Source: an uncultured archaeon
GTDB taxonomy: Archaea; Iainarchaeota; Iainarchaeia; Iainarchaeales; 1-14-0-10-31-34
Assembly: GCA_964608675.1 (NCBI GenBank)
Contig: CAZSOZ010000001.1
Coordinates: 1 to 64,000, forward strand
DNA length: 64,000 nt
Direction: 5' to 3'
Part shown: piece after piece, positions 9,485-19,240 of the stretch
Layout: every line of letters begins with the position of its first letter
How positions within the stretch are numbered: position 1 is the stretch's first letter
The notes under the pieces: generated by a model
What the model was told of the DNA's origin: nothing
The model's database searches: none
What the model saw: only the letters and a program-made list of their open reading frames with translations
Translations under genes and position numbers: made by a program

Positions 9485-10003
9485 ATGAAAGAATATTTTA
9501 AGGCACCTAAAGACAGAATAGCTGTTTTAATAGGAAAAAAAGGAGAAACAAAAACAGAAATAGAAAAACTCACAAAAACAAAAATTGAAGTTGACTCCCA
9601 AACAGGAGAAGTGGATGTTCAAGGAGAAAATGCATTAAATTTTTATATTTCACTAAACATAATAAAAGCTATTGCAAGAGGTTTTTCTCCTGAGCACGCT
9701 TTTGCTTTAAAAAACGAAAATTATTTCTTAGAAATAATTGACTTAAAAGAAAAGCTTGGAAAAAACGAAAAAGTAATCCACCAAAAAAAAGGAAGAGTAA
9801 TAGGAAAAAAAGGAAAAACCCGAAAAGAAATAGAAGAAAAAACTGATACTTTTATTTCAGTTTACGGAAAAACAATAAGCATAATCGGAAAATCTGAAGG
9901 AATAGAAAAAGCAAGGCATGCAATTGAAATGCTTTTAGAAGGAGCATCCCATTCAAATACTGAATCATTTTTATACAAAAAAGAAAAAGACTTTGAAATC
10001 TGA
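9485..10003 (+). CDS. KH-domain rRNA-processing protein (Dim2/Pno1)
   Basis: Two KH GxxG motifs (LIGKKG, VIGKKG), AIARGFSPE. Confidence 0.92.
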   Translation: MKEYFKAPKDRIAVLIGKKGETKTEIEKLTKTKIEVDSQTGEVDVQGENALNFYISLNIIKAIARGFSPEHAFALKNENYFLEIIDLKEKLGKNEKVIHQKKGRVIGKKGKTRKEIEEKTDTFISVYGKTISIIGKSEGIEKARHAIEMLLEGASHSNTESFLYKKEKDFEI

Positions 10004-10011
10004 GGGAAAAA

Positions 10012-11754
10012 ATGGATGAAAAAATAAACGGAGAACTAAAAAAAATCAAACACAAAGAAATTTCTGCAGATGTTCTTGCAAAAGAATTCAAAGAACATTC
10101 AGTAGCAGAATTCTTCAAAAAAAACCAGCAAATGCTTGGATTAAGCGGAAAAATAAGAAGTTTAACAACAATAATCCACGAATATGTAACTAATTCAATT
10201 GATGCATGCGAATCAGCAAACATTCTGCCGGAAATAGAGATTAAAATACAAGAACTAGGAAACGAATACTATGAAATCACAGTAAAAGACAACGGTCCAG
10301 GATTAACTAAAGACACTGTGGGAAAAGCATTAGGACAGCTTTTAGCAGGAACAAAATTTCATAGAATGGTTCAATCAAGAGGGCAACAAGGAATTGGAGC
10401 CGCAGGAGCAACCATGTATGCTCAAACTACAACAGGAAAACCAGTTAAAGTTATTTCAGGAACAGGAAAAGGAAAAGCTTTTTCTTTAGAATTAACAATT
10501 GACCCAAAAAAAAACCAGCCAAAAATAGAAAATTTACAGGAAATAGACAAAGAATTCAGAGGGCTTGCAATAAAAGCAAAAGTAAAAGATGTTTTATTTA
10601 GAATTTCAGAACAAGGACCATTGGAATACATTAGAAGAACAGCAATATCAAACCCGCACGTACAAATAAGTTTAACTGACCCTGCAGGAGAAAAAACTTT
10701 ATTTGAAAGAAGTTCAAAAAAAATTCCTGATGCCCCAAAAGAAATGAAGCCTCATCCAAAAGGAATAACAGTAGATGAATTAATTACTTTAGCAAAATAT
10801 TCAGATGCAAGAAAAGTCAGCTCTTTTTTAAAAAGTTCATTTGACAGAATGGGAGACAAATCAATTCAGGAAATAAGCAAAATAATTTCGTTTGACGTGA
10901 ACACAGACCCAAAAAAAATGGAATGGAATGACGCAGAAGAAATAATCAAAGCATTCAAAACAATAAAGTTTATTGCTCCAACAACAGAAGGATTAAGTCC
11001 AATAGGAGACGAACAAATAGAAAAATCTTTGAAAACAATAGTTGAACCAGAATTCCTGAAAGTAATTACAAGAAAAGCACAAGTATACAAAGGAGGTTTT
11101 CCCTTTCAAGTAGAAGTAGCAGTTGCATTCGGAGGAAACGCAGGGAGAATTATTTCAAACGGAAAAGAAGAAGGACCAAACAAAAGAATGGAAATAATGA
11201 GATTTGCAAACAAAGTTCCTTTATTATTTGACGGAGGAGGCTGTGCAATAACCAAAGCAGTACAAACAATTGACTGGAAAAGATACGGAATACAAAACAT
11301 TGATGATGCTCCATTAACTGTATTCATAAACGTGATTTCTGTTCATATTCCTTATACTTCAGCCGGAAAACAAGCCATTTCAGATGAACCAGAAGTATTA
11401 GAAGAAATTCGTTTGGCTTTAATGGATTCAGGAAGAAAAATTGCAAGACACATTATAGGCAAAAAAAAATTAAAAGAAAAAGAAGCAAAAAAAAGAACTT
11501 ACATGAAATATGCAGTTGAAGTTGCAATAGCATTAAGTGAATTAACAAAAAAGAAAAAAGAAGACATAGAAAAAAAACTGCATAAAATTGTACTAAAAAG
11601 ACTTAAATTAGACGAAGAAAAAGAAAAAAAACAAGAAGATTTAAGCGACGAAGAAGTAGACAAAGAAATAGAAAAAGAAACAAAAAAACAAGAAAAAACT
11701 GAAGCAAAAAAGAAAGAAAAAGGCAAAATAAAAGGATTAAAAAAGGTGAAATGA
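10012..11754 (+). CDS. top6B: DNA topoisomerase VI subunit B
   Basis: GHKL motifs EYVTNSIDA, DNGPG, SRGQQGIG; RFANKVPL. Confidence 0.97.
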   Translation: MDEKINGELKKIKHKEISADVLAKEFKEHSVAEFFKKNQQMLGLSGKIRSLTTIIHEYVTNSIDACESANILPEIEIKIQELGNEYYEITVKDNGPGLTKDTVGKALGQLLAGTKFHRMVQSRGQQGIGAAGATMYAQTTTGKPVKVISGTGKGKAFSLELTIDPKKNQPKIENLQEIDKEFRGLAIKAKVKDVLFRISEQGPLEYIRRTAISNPHVQISLTDPAGEKTLFERSSKKIPDAPKEMKPHPKGITVDELITLAKYSDARKVSSFLKSSFDRMGDKSIQEISKIISFDVNTDPKKMEWNDAEEIIKAFKTIKFIAPTTEGLSPIGDEQIEKSLKTIVEPEFLKVITRKAQVYKGGFPFQVEVAVAFGGNAGRIISNGKEEGPNKRMEIMRFANKVPLLFDGGGCAITKAVQTIDWKRYGIQNIDDAPLTVFINVISVHIPYTSAGKQAISDEPEVLEEIRLALMDSGRKIARHIIGKKKLKEKEAKKRTYMKYAVEVAIALSELTKKKKEDIEKKLHKIVLKRLKLDEEKEKKQEDLSDEEVDKEIEKETKKQEKTEAKKKEKGKIKGLKKVK

Positions 11755-11755
11755 A

Positions 11756-12853
11756 ATGACTTCAAAAAAAGACAAAGAAGTAATTCAAAAACTAAAAGAA
11801 GCAGGAATTGAAATCACAAAACAAATAGACAAAGGAAACGATCCCACTTATGATTTGCCTGTAAGGACTTTAAACAATGTTTTCTTTGACCAAAAAACAA
11901 AAACAATCAAATTAGGGGATAGAACCAGTACAAGAAATTTTTTGAATATTGCTCACACAAGAAAATTCATGCAGACAATGCTGGTTGCAGCAGAACTAAA
12001 AAAAGTAATAGAAGAAGAAGCAACAGTTTCAATCAGAGACTTGTATTATGCATTAAAACACACCATTGAAGGAACAGAAGAAAACACATTTGAAAACCAA
12101 AGTGAATCAGACCCAATAATTGAAGACCTTGAATCATCTCTAAATTTATTAAGAGAAGAACTGCATTTAGCTGCATCAAGCAAAGGAGTTATTTCAGGAA
12201 AAATGAAAATCAAAGACGGAAAAGATACAATTGACCTAGCAAAAATGGGTTCAGGAGGATGGGGTGTTCCCTCAAATGTAGAACCAGATAAAATTGAAAT
12301 AAAAGACTTGGATGCAGAATACGTTTTGTTTATAGAAAAAGATGCTGTCTGGAAAAGATTCAACGAAGACAAGTACTGGCAGAAACACAAATGCATTATT
12401 ATTACAGGAAGAGGACAGCCTTCAAGAGCAGAAAGAAGGTTTGTCCAAAGATTAAACAAAGAACATAAACTGCCTGTTTTTGCTTTAATGGATGCAGACC
12501 CGTGGGGAATGTACATTTATTCAGTAATAAAACAAGGAAGTATTTCTTTAAGTTATTCAGAGGAAAAGCTTGCTACTCCTCAAACAAAATATATTGGCTT
12601 AACTGTAAGCGATGTTGAAACATTTAAGATTCCAAAAGAAGTCACAATTAAATTAAATAAACTGGATGTCAAAAGATTAAGTGAAATGAAAAAATATGAA
12701 TGGTTCAAGAAAAAAGAATGGCAGGAAGAATTTTCTTTAATGAAAGACAAGGCAATTAAACTGGAATTAGAAGCCTTAAGCAAAAAAGGAATCAGATTCA
12801 TAACAGAAAAATATTTACCGGAAAAAATTAAATCCCAAGATTTTTTGCCTTAA
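11756..12853 (+). CDS. top6A: DNA topoisomerase VI subunit A
   Basis: RDLYY catalytic Tyr, EKDA, DADPWG TOPRIM motif. Confidence 0.97.
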   Translation: MTSKKDKEVIQKLKEAGIEITKQIDKGNDPTYDLPVRTLNNVFFDQKTKTIKLGDRTSTRNFLNIAHTRKFMQTMLVAAELKKVIEEEATVSIRDLYYALKHTIEGTEENTFENQSESDPIIEDLESSLNLLREELHLAASSKGVISGKMKIKDGKDTIDLAKMGSGGWGVPSNVEPDKIEIKDLDAEYVLFIEKDAVWKRFNEDKYWQKHKCIIITGRGQPSRAERRFVQRLNKEHKLPVFALMDADPWGMYIYSVIKQGSISLSYSEEKLATPQTKYIGLTVSDVETFKIPKEVTIKLNKLDVKRLSEMKKYEWFKKKEWQEEFSLMKDKAIKLELEALSKKGIRFITEKYLPEKIKSQDFLP

Positions 12854-12912
12854 AAAATGCAGATTAATAAAACTATAAGCTTTTAAATTTCGGTTTCCTA
12901 TTTTAGTGCAAT

Positions 12913-13158
12913 ATGATTATTTACGGAATAAACTTTTTTTCCCTGAGCAAGGTAAAAATGGCTTTATTTGCATTCTTTGTAATAGGGTATGCGATTTTAT
13001 CTTATGTAAGGGTAATGCAAAACGAATTCGTTGAATGGGCGCCAATAGAACAAATGATTCCTGCAGTAATTTTTGTTTTAGTGGTTTCATATGTTTTTGC
13101 TGCGTTTTTGGAGTACGCTTTTTATAAGGTGAGAAGAAAATGGCCTCGGTTATTTTAG
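12913..13158 (+). CDS. Small two-TM membrane protein
   Basis: 81 aa with two hydrophobic helices; TATA-like TTTTAAAT about 30 nt upstream. Confidence 0.6.
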   Translation: MIIYGINFFSLSKVKMALFAFFVIGYAILSYVRVMQNEFVEWAPIEQMIPAVIFVLVVSYVFAAFLEYAFYKVRRKWPRLF

Positions 13159-13469
13159 GTTATATTCCATGCAAAAACAAAAAAGAAGCAAAAAAAATTT
13201 CTCAGATTTTGCTTGAAAAAAAATTGATTGCATGCTCTAATATTATTCCTGCAATAGAATCATGCTATGAATGGAAAGGAAAAATTTGCAACGAAACAGA
13301 ATCACTGCTTTTAATAAAAACAATTGAATCAAAAAAAAACCTTGTTAAAGCAGTAATTAAAAAAAATCATTCATACAGCCTTCCATGCATTGCTTTCATT
13401 AAATTCAACGAAATAAACAAAGAATACGAGTTATGGGTAAAAAAACAAGTAATAAGGGGTTTATTATGA
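13140..13469 (+). CDS. cutA: Divalent-cation tolerance protein CutA
   Basis: LIAC.NI, YEWKG, E..LLIKT, HSY..PCI. Start is GTG/ATG near 13140. Confidence 0.92.
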   Translation: MASVILGYIPCKNKKEAKKISQILLEKKLIACSNIIPAIESCYEWKGKICNETESLLLIKTIESKKNLVKAVIKKNHSYSLPCIAFIKFNEINKEYELWVKKQVIRGLL

Positions 13470-14854
13470 AAGAACTTGATTACTTTTTTTATCCAAAAAA
13501 AACTGCAGTAATTGGAGCATCAGAAAAAGAAAACAAAATAGGACACGTAATAATGAAAAACATGATTAAAGCAGGCTTTAAAGGAAAATTAATTCCTGTA
13601 AATCCTCATTCAAAAAAAATTTTCAGTAAAAAATGCGTTAAATCAGTTAAAGAAATAAAAAACTTGGATTTAGCAGTAATTGCTGTTCCTGCAAAAATTG
13701 TTCCAAAAATAATCAAAGAATGCGGAGAAGCTAAAACAAAAACAGCAATAATTGTTTCAGCAGGATTCAACGAAATAGGAAACATGGAATTAACAAAAGA
13801 ATTATTCAAAGCAATGCAGGAATACCCTGAATTAAGGATAATAGGCCCAAACTGTTTGGGAGTACTTCACATAAAAAAAGGAATTGACACCTTGTTTCTG
13901 CCTTATGAACGACTTGGAAGAACTCCACACGGAAAAATTAGTTTTGCGTCGCAATCAGGCGCAGTAGGAAGCACTTTAATTGACTGGGCAAGCATGAAAT
14001 CCTATGGAATAAACAAATTCATTTCATTTGGAAACGCATTAGATGTAAATGTAACTGAATTGCTTGAATACTTAAATCAAGACAAAGAAACCAAAGTCAT
14101 TTGTTTATACATTGAAGGATTAGAAGAAGGAAGAAAATTAATGGAAACAGCAAAAAAAGTAAGCAAAAAAACTCCTATTGTAGTATTAAAAGGAGGATTA
14201 ACTGAAGAAGGAAAAAAAGCAGCGGTTTCACATACAGGAAGCATTGCAGGAAACGCAAAAATAGTTCAAGCTGCATTCAGACAGTCAGGAATGATTCAAG
14301 CAAACAGCTTTGAACAATTATTTAATTATGCAAGAGTTCTGGCAAACGAACCATTAACAAAAGGAAAAAAAGTGCAAATTATAACAGACGGAGGAGGATA
14401 TGCTGTTCTAGCAGCAGACGCATTAATAGAAAACAAAATGGAATTAAGTTTAATGAACAAAAAAAATTTAAGAGAACTAAAAAAAATCACGCCAAAACAC
14501 GCTGAATTAAAAAAAGTAATAGATTTAACCGGAGACGCAACAACAGAAATGTACAAAAAAGCAATTGAGTTGGCATTAAAAGACAAAAACGTTGACATGA
14601 TTTTATTGATTGTATTGTTTCCTCCGCCTTTATTAGACAAAAATATTGTGTATGAAATAATTAAAGCACACGACAAACAAATAAAGCCGATAATAGTTGT
14701 TTCCGCTTCAGGGAATTACACTGAAAGCCAAAAAAAAATAATGGAAAAAAAATTTGTGCCTACTTTTACTTTTCCAAAAGATGCAGCAGAAGCACTCAAA
14801 GCATTATATGATTACTCAAAATTCAAAGGAAAAATAAGAGGTGAAAAAAAATGA
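13466..14854 (+). CDS. acdA: ADP-forming acetate--CoA ligase alpha subunit
   Basis: VIGAS CoA-binding fold, IIGPNCLG, SQSGA, SHTG phospho-His motif. Start moved to ATG 13466. Confidence 0.88.
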   Translation: MKELDYFFYPKKTAVIGASEKENKIGHVIMKNMIKAGFKGKLIPVNPHSKKIFSKKCVKSVKEIKNLDLAVIAVPAKIVPKIIKECGEAKTKTAIIVSAGFNEIGNMELTKELFKAMQEYPELRIIGPNCLGVLHIKKGIDTLFLPYERLGRTPHGKISFASQSGAVGSTLIDWASMKSYGINKFISFGNALDVNVTELLEYLNQDKETKVICLYIEGLEEGRKLMETAKKVSKKTPIVVLKGGLTEEGKKAAVSHTGSIAGNAKIVQAAFRQSGMIQANSFEQLFNYARVLANEPLTKGKKVQIITDGGGYAVLAADALIENKMELSLMNKKNLRELKKITPKHAELKKVIDLTGDATTEMYKKAIELALKDKNVDMILLIVLFPPPLLDKNIVYEIIKAHDKQIKPIIVVSASGNYTESQKKIMEKKFVPTFTFPKDAAEALKALYDYSKFKGKIRGEKK

Positions 14855-16797
14855 AAGAAAACCTTGAAGTTTTATTAAAAGAAAAAAGAGTTTTTAATCC
14901 ATCAAAAGAATTAATTGAAAACTCTAATGTAAAAAAATGGATGAACAAAAAAGGAATAAAAACATATGAAGAACTGCTTGAAAAAGGAAAAGATATTGAA
15001 TGGTTTTGGAATGAAGCAGCAAAAGAAATAGTTGAATGGAAAAAACCCTTCAAAAAAGTTTTGGAATGGAAAAACCATTACGCTAACTGGTTTGTTGGAG
15101 CAGAATACAATATTGTTTTTGATGCATTAGACAAACACAAAAATTCAAATAAAACTGCATTTATATGGGAAGGCGAACCAGAAAAAGAAACACAAAAAAT
15201 TTCCTTTAAAGAATTAAACAAGCAAGTATGCAGGCTTGCAAATGCATTAAAAAAACTTGGAATAAAAAAAGGAGACAAAATAGGAATTTATCTGCCGATG
15301 ATTCCTGCTCTGCCAATTTCAATGCTTGCTTGTGCAAAAATAGGAGCAGTGCATTCAGTGGTTTTTTCAGGTTTCAGTGCTTTAGGCTTCAGGGAAAGAG
15401 TCAATGACGGAGAAGCAAAAATAGCAATAACCTGTGACGGATTTTACAGAAGAGGAAAAATAATTCCCTTAAAAGAAGCAACAGATGAAGCATTAAAGGA
15501 AGCGCCAACAATAAAAAAATGCATTGTTTTTAAAAGAACTGGAAAAAAAGTTTCATGGAATCCAAAAAGAGATTTATGGTGGCATGAAATAACAAAAAAA
15601 GAATCAGAAGAATGCAAAACAGAATCCTTGGATGCAAACGATACCTTGTTTATTTTGTATACTTCAGGAACAACAGGAAAACCAAAAGGAATAATTCACG
15701 CACACGGAGGGTATGCAGTAGGAACAGGAATAACCTTAAAATGGGTTTTTGATTTAAAAGAAAACGATGTATGGTGGTGTGCAGCAGATATTGGATGGAT
15801 TACAGGACACAGCTATATTGTTTATGCTCCGTTAATTTTAGGGATTACTTCAGTAATGTATGAAGGCTCCCCTGATTTCCCAGAAAAAGACAGATGGTGG
15901 AAAATAGTTGACAAACACAAAGTTTCAGTTTTGTATACTTCTCCAACTGCAGTGAGAATGTTCATGCATTTCGGAGAAGAATGGGTTGAAAAACACGATT
16001 TAAGTTCATTAAGATTGCTGGGAAGTGTTGGAGAGCCAATTAACCCTGAAGCATGGATATGGTATTATACAAAAATAGGAAAAGAAAAATGCCAGATAAT
16101 GGATACCTGGTGGCAGACAGAAACCGGACACCACTGCATTACGCCTCTGCCGATTACTCCATTAAAGCCTGGTTCAGCAACAAAACCTTTTCCAGGAATA
16201 CATGCAAGCGTTTACGGAAAAAACGGAAAAGAAATAATTGACGCAGGAGGAGAACTGGTTTTATTAAAACCGTGGCCTGGAATGCTGAGAGGAATCTACA
16301 AGAACCCAAAAAAATACAAAAAAACTTACTGGGAAACCTATAAAGACGTTTACCTTGCAGGAGACGTTGCAAGAATAGACAAAAACGGCTATTTTTGGGT
16401 TCAAGGAAGAGATTCAGATGTATTAAAAGTTGCAGGACACAGAATAGGAAACTCAGAAGTTGAATCAGCTTTAGTGTCGCATCCAAAAATAGTTGAAGCA
16501 GCAGTAATAGGCAAACCCCATGAAATCAAAGGAGAATTCATTGCAGCATATGTTATCTTAAAACACGGAGTAAAAATTTCAGATGAACTAAGAAAAGAAT
16601 TAAGAGAACATGTTGCAAAAGAAATAGGAAAACTTGCTAGACCGGATGAAATAAAATTCGTAGAAGATTTGCCTAAAACAAGAAGTGGAAAAATAATGCG
16701 AAGAGTAATTAAAGCAAAAGTTTTAGGAAAAGACACAGGAAACATTTCCACTCTGCAAAACCCGGAAGCAGTAGAAGAATTACTGAAAGCAAAATAA
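14851..16797 (+). CDS. acs: AMP-forming acetyl-CoA synthetase
   Basis: YTSGTTGKPKG, DTWWQTETG, PKTRSGKIMRR; ATGA overlap with acdA. Confidence 0.96.
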   Translation: MKENLEVLLKEKRVFNPSKELIENSNVKKWMNKKGIKTYEELLEKGKDIEWFWNEAAKEIVEWKKPFKKVLEWKNHYANWFVGAEYNIVFDALDKHKNSNKTAFIWEGEPEKETQKISFKELNKQVCRLANALKKLGIKKGDKIGIYLPMIPALPISMLACAKIGAVHSVVFSGFSALGFRERVNDGEAKIAITCDGFYRRGKIIPLKEATDEALKEAPTIKKCIVFKRTGKKVSWNPKRDLWWHEITKKESEECKTESLDANDTLFILYTSGTTGKPKGIIHAHGGYAVGTGITLKWVFDLKENDVWWCAADIGWITGHSYIVYAPLILGITSVMYEGSPDFPEKDRWWKIVDKHKVSVLYTSPTAVRMFMHFGEEWVEKHDLSSLRLLGSVGEPINPEAWIWYYTKIGKEKCQIMDTWWQTETGHHCITPLPITPLKPGSATKPFPGIHASVYGKNGKEIIDAGGELVLLKPWPGMLRGIYKNPKKYKKTYWETYKDVYLAGDVARIDKNGYFWVQGRDSDVLKVAGHRIGNSEVESALVSHPKIVEAAVIGKPHEIKGEFIAAYVILKHGVKISDELRKELREHVAKEIGKLARPDEIKFVEDLPKTRSGKIMRRVIKAKVLGKDTGNISTLQNPEAVEELLKAK

Positions 16798-16807
16798 CTT
16801 TTTGCTT

Positions 16808-18034
16808 TCATTCTTTTTCTTTGTTCATTAAAAAATTTATTGCTTTGTCTGAATCCTGTTCAATCAATAACTCAAAAAATCTTTGAACATCAAAAACATT
16901 GCCAAAAGAAGTTTCAGAAAGATTTTTTTCTAGAATTTCTAAGCCTAAAGCAGAAACAGATTTCTTTGTTTTATGTATTTCCCTTAATTCCTGAATTCTT
17001 TTCTTGAATTCAACAGAAGAAAAATTTTTGTTAATTGAAAAAAAAGCTTTTCCCTGAAATTCCTCCAAAATTTTATTTATGTCTACATCAGACTGATTTA
17101 ATCCTTTGGCTAAAGTCCCGTTTAATTTAATTCTGATTAAAGGAATTAAATCAGAATTATTTTCAGAAAGAAATTCAGTTATTTTCTGCTTTAATTTTTC
17201 AAGCACTTCTTCAGGAAAAACTTCATTAAAAGAAATTTTTTCATAAAAAAGCTTTCTTTGATTTTTTAAGGGAAGAAAGTCTGTTTTCATTGAATCAGAG
17301 TCAATTAATATAATTCCTTTTTGTTTTTCTGATTCAAGTTTTTTCATTTGTGTTGTAATAGTGGAGCCCGGCATTAAAAGTTTTCCTTCTTCAAAAAATT
17401 TTTCTGCATGCCAATGCAAATGCCCGTTAATAATTAAATCAAATCCTTTAGGAAGATTAGAAATAGAAAGAGTTGCACTCATTTCATCTGAAGTAGGAAG
17501 AAATTCTTTAATGGATTGATGCAATAACAAAAAATTTTTTGCGCCTTCAATCGGTTTAGGGTTAAAAAGTTTTAATACATCCAAAGCCTTTATTTCAGGA
17601 ACTCCCCCAAGACCGTGTACAGCAATTTTTTCGTTTTCCTTTAATACAATTAAATGATTTGCATGAACATAAAACAAAAAACCTGCTTTTTCCAGTACCT
17701 CCAAAGGATTCCTAAAATCTTTTGAACGCAGTTCATGCGTGCCATGAATTGCAATAACAGGAATTCCTTCAAATAAAATTTCTTCTTCTTTTCTTAAAAC
17801 TTTTACTCTGCTTTTTTCTGTGTTTCTAGAAACACTGAACAACTCAAAAGCATCATGCCAAGTTTCAATTAAAGGAATTTTTGAATCAAAAATATCTCCA
17901 GGAAGAAGAATTAAATCAGCTTTGTTTTCAACTGCAAGAGAAAAAGCCTGCAAAGCATTATTTAAAGCTTCATTTTTTCTTTCAGATTTTCCAGAAAACC
18001 CCAAATGAGTATCAGAAACAACTGCTATTTTCAT
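16808..18034 (-). CDS. mre11: Mre11/SbcD-like DNA repair nuclease
   Basis: Metallophosphoesterase motifs DTHLG, GDIFD, GTHE, HQ, GHLH, PGS. Confidence 0.8.
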   Translation of the reverse strand: MKIAVVSDTHLGFSGKSERKNEALNNALQAFSLAVENKADLILLPGDIFDSKIPLIETWHDAFELFSVSRNTEKSRVKVLRKEEEILFEGIPVIAIHGTHELRSKDFRNPLEVLEKAGFLFYVHANHLIVLKENEKIAVHGLGGVPEIKALDVLKLFNPKPIEGAKNFLLLHQSIKEFLPTSDEMSATLSISNLPKGFDLIINGHLHWHAEKFFEEGKLLMPGSTITTQMKKLESEKQKGIILIDSDSMKTDFLPLKNQRKLFYEKISFNEVFPEEVLEKLKQKITEFLSENNSDLIPLIRIKLNGTLAKGLNQSDVDINKILEEFQGKAFFSINKNFSSVEFKKRIQELREIHKTKKSVSALGLEILEKNLSETSFGNVFDVQRFFELLIEQDSDKAINFLMNKEKE

Positions 18035-18921
18035 TGAATCACTTCCAGCACTTCATTAAATAACGAGTCAGGAAAAAAAGTTAAAGGAGAAAAAACTACA
18101 AAACCCGTTTGTTTTTTTAGTTCCTGTATTTCACTTAAAGCTTTTTTTTCGTTTCTTTGGCTTAAAACCAAAGCAGAAAGAAAGTTTTTTTCTTTTTGTA
18201 AATCAGAAAAAAAAACCGGTTTAAATTCCCTAAAAGAATTAAATTTTGATAATAAACCCAGATTTTGAGTTATTTTTTTATCGTTTTTTTTAAGTACAGG
18301 AAAAATACTGCACCCTCTTTTTAACATTAAAAAACCTGAAACCAGCTCTTCTTTTTTTCCAGTCATAATTAAGCCGATTTTTCCTTCAACTCCCACAGGA
18401 AGACCTTTTCCTCCATAAAATTTTTCTGAATACAAAAAAACTTTTTTGTTGATTATGTCTGCAAAAATTTCTTTTTTTGGATTAGACAAATCCACTTTCA
18501 AGCCTTTAATTGAATCCATTATTTTTTGTCCTGCCTGAACTGCAGCATCTTGCGAAGAAAAATCCTGTTTTCCGTTTCTTGAAATCCGCAGAGCAAAAGA
18601 ATCTCCAAAAAAAAGATTTTTTTGTGCAAAAACAAGAATTATTTCATTCAAATCATCAAGAGAAGAAAAAGAAAATTGTTCTGCAACAGAAAAAGAATGC
18701 ACTCCAAAAACATTTTTAATTAAAGGAACTGCTTTAAAAGGAAAATTAGATTTTGCTGTAATAATTCCTGAAAATTTTCCTTGAACCGTAAAATTGATTC
18801 CTTTATTTTTAAGGCAGATCTTAATGTTTGATAAAAGTTTTTTAATAAAAAAACTTCTTACAAAAGAAGACTTTAAATGAATTTCAGAAGAAGGCCTCAA
18901 AACAAAAAAAATGTTTTCCAT
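18031..18921 (-). CDS. ThiI-like THUMP-domain protein with degenerate PP-loop domain
   Basis: SEIHLKS..VR, VFGVHSFS, SFALRISR.G, KVDLSNP, GLPVGVEGK. The SGGxDS position reads TGKKEE, followed by MLKRGC. Confidence 0.8.
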   Translation of the reverse strand: MENIFFVLRPSSEIHLKSSFVRSFFIKKLLSNIKICLKNKGINFTVQGKFSGIITAKSNFPFKAVPLIKNVFGVHSFSVAEQFSFSSLDDLNEIILVFAQKNLFFGDSFALRISRNGKQDFSSQDAAVQAGQKIMDSIKGLKVDLSNPKKEIFADIINKKVFLYSEKFYGGKGLPVGVEGKIGLIMTGKKEELVSGFLMLKRGCSIFPVLKKNDKKITQNLGLLSKFNSFREFKPVFFSDLQKEKNFLSALVLSQRNEKKALSEIQELKKQTGFVVFSPLTFFPDSLFNEVLEVIQ

Positions 18922-19006
18922 AAAAATAAATAAAAAGAGAAAAAAATAAAACAAGCATTATAATTATACATAAAAAAAAACTTTTTTTGGAAAAAAAAAG
19001 AAAAAA

Positions 19007-19171
19007 CTAATTGCTGTATTTTGACACACTATAACCTAATGCTCCTATTCCAAACCACATTAAAGCAAGAGCGCCCCAGTTTGCGGCATAAGGTTTAACC
19101 ACCCAGGCAACCCCTATTGCAAAAACAATTAATCCAAAAATTATGCTGCCTTTTTTTGTTAACTCACTCAT
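19007..19171 (-). CDS. Small two-TM membrane protein (54 aa; not in ORF track)
   Basis: MSELTKKGSIIFGLIVFAIGVAWVVKPYAANWGALALMWFGIGALGYSVSKYSN*; SD GGAGGG upstream, T-rich tract downstream. Confidence 0.7.
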   Translation of the reverse strand: MSELTKKGSIIFGLIVFAIGVAWVVKPYAANWGALALMWFGIGALGYSVSKYSN

Positions 19172-19240
19172 AAAATCCCTCCAAAAAACTAAAACAACAG
19201 TATAAATAACCTGCAGTAATTAATAAATGTTTGGGTTTTT

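Noticed and set aside
13466-14854. Pat-type protein acetyltransferase
   Set aside because: No GNAT domain is present and the catalytic His (SHTG) is retained, so it was called Acd alpha.
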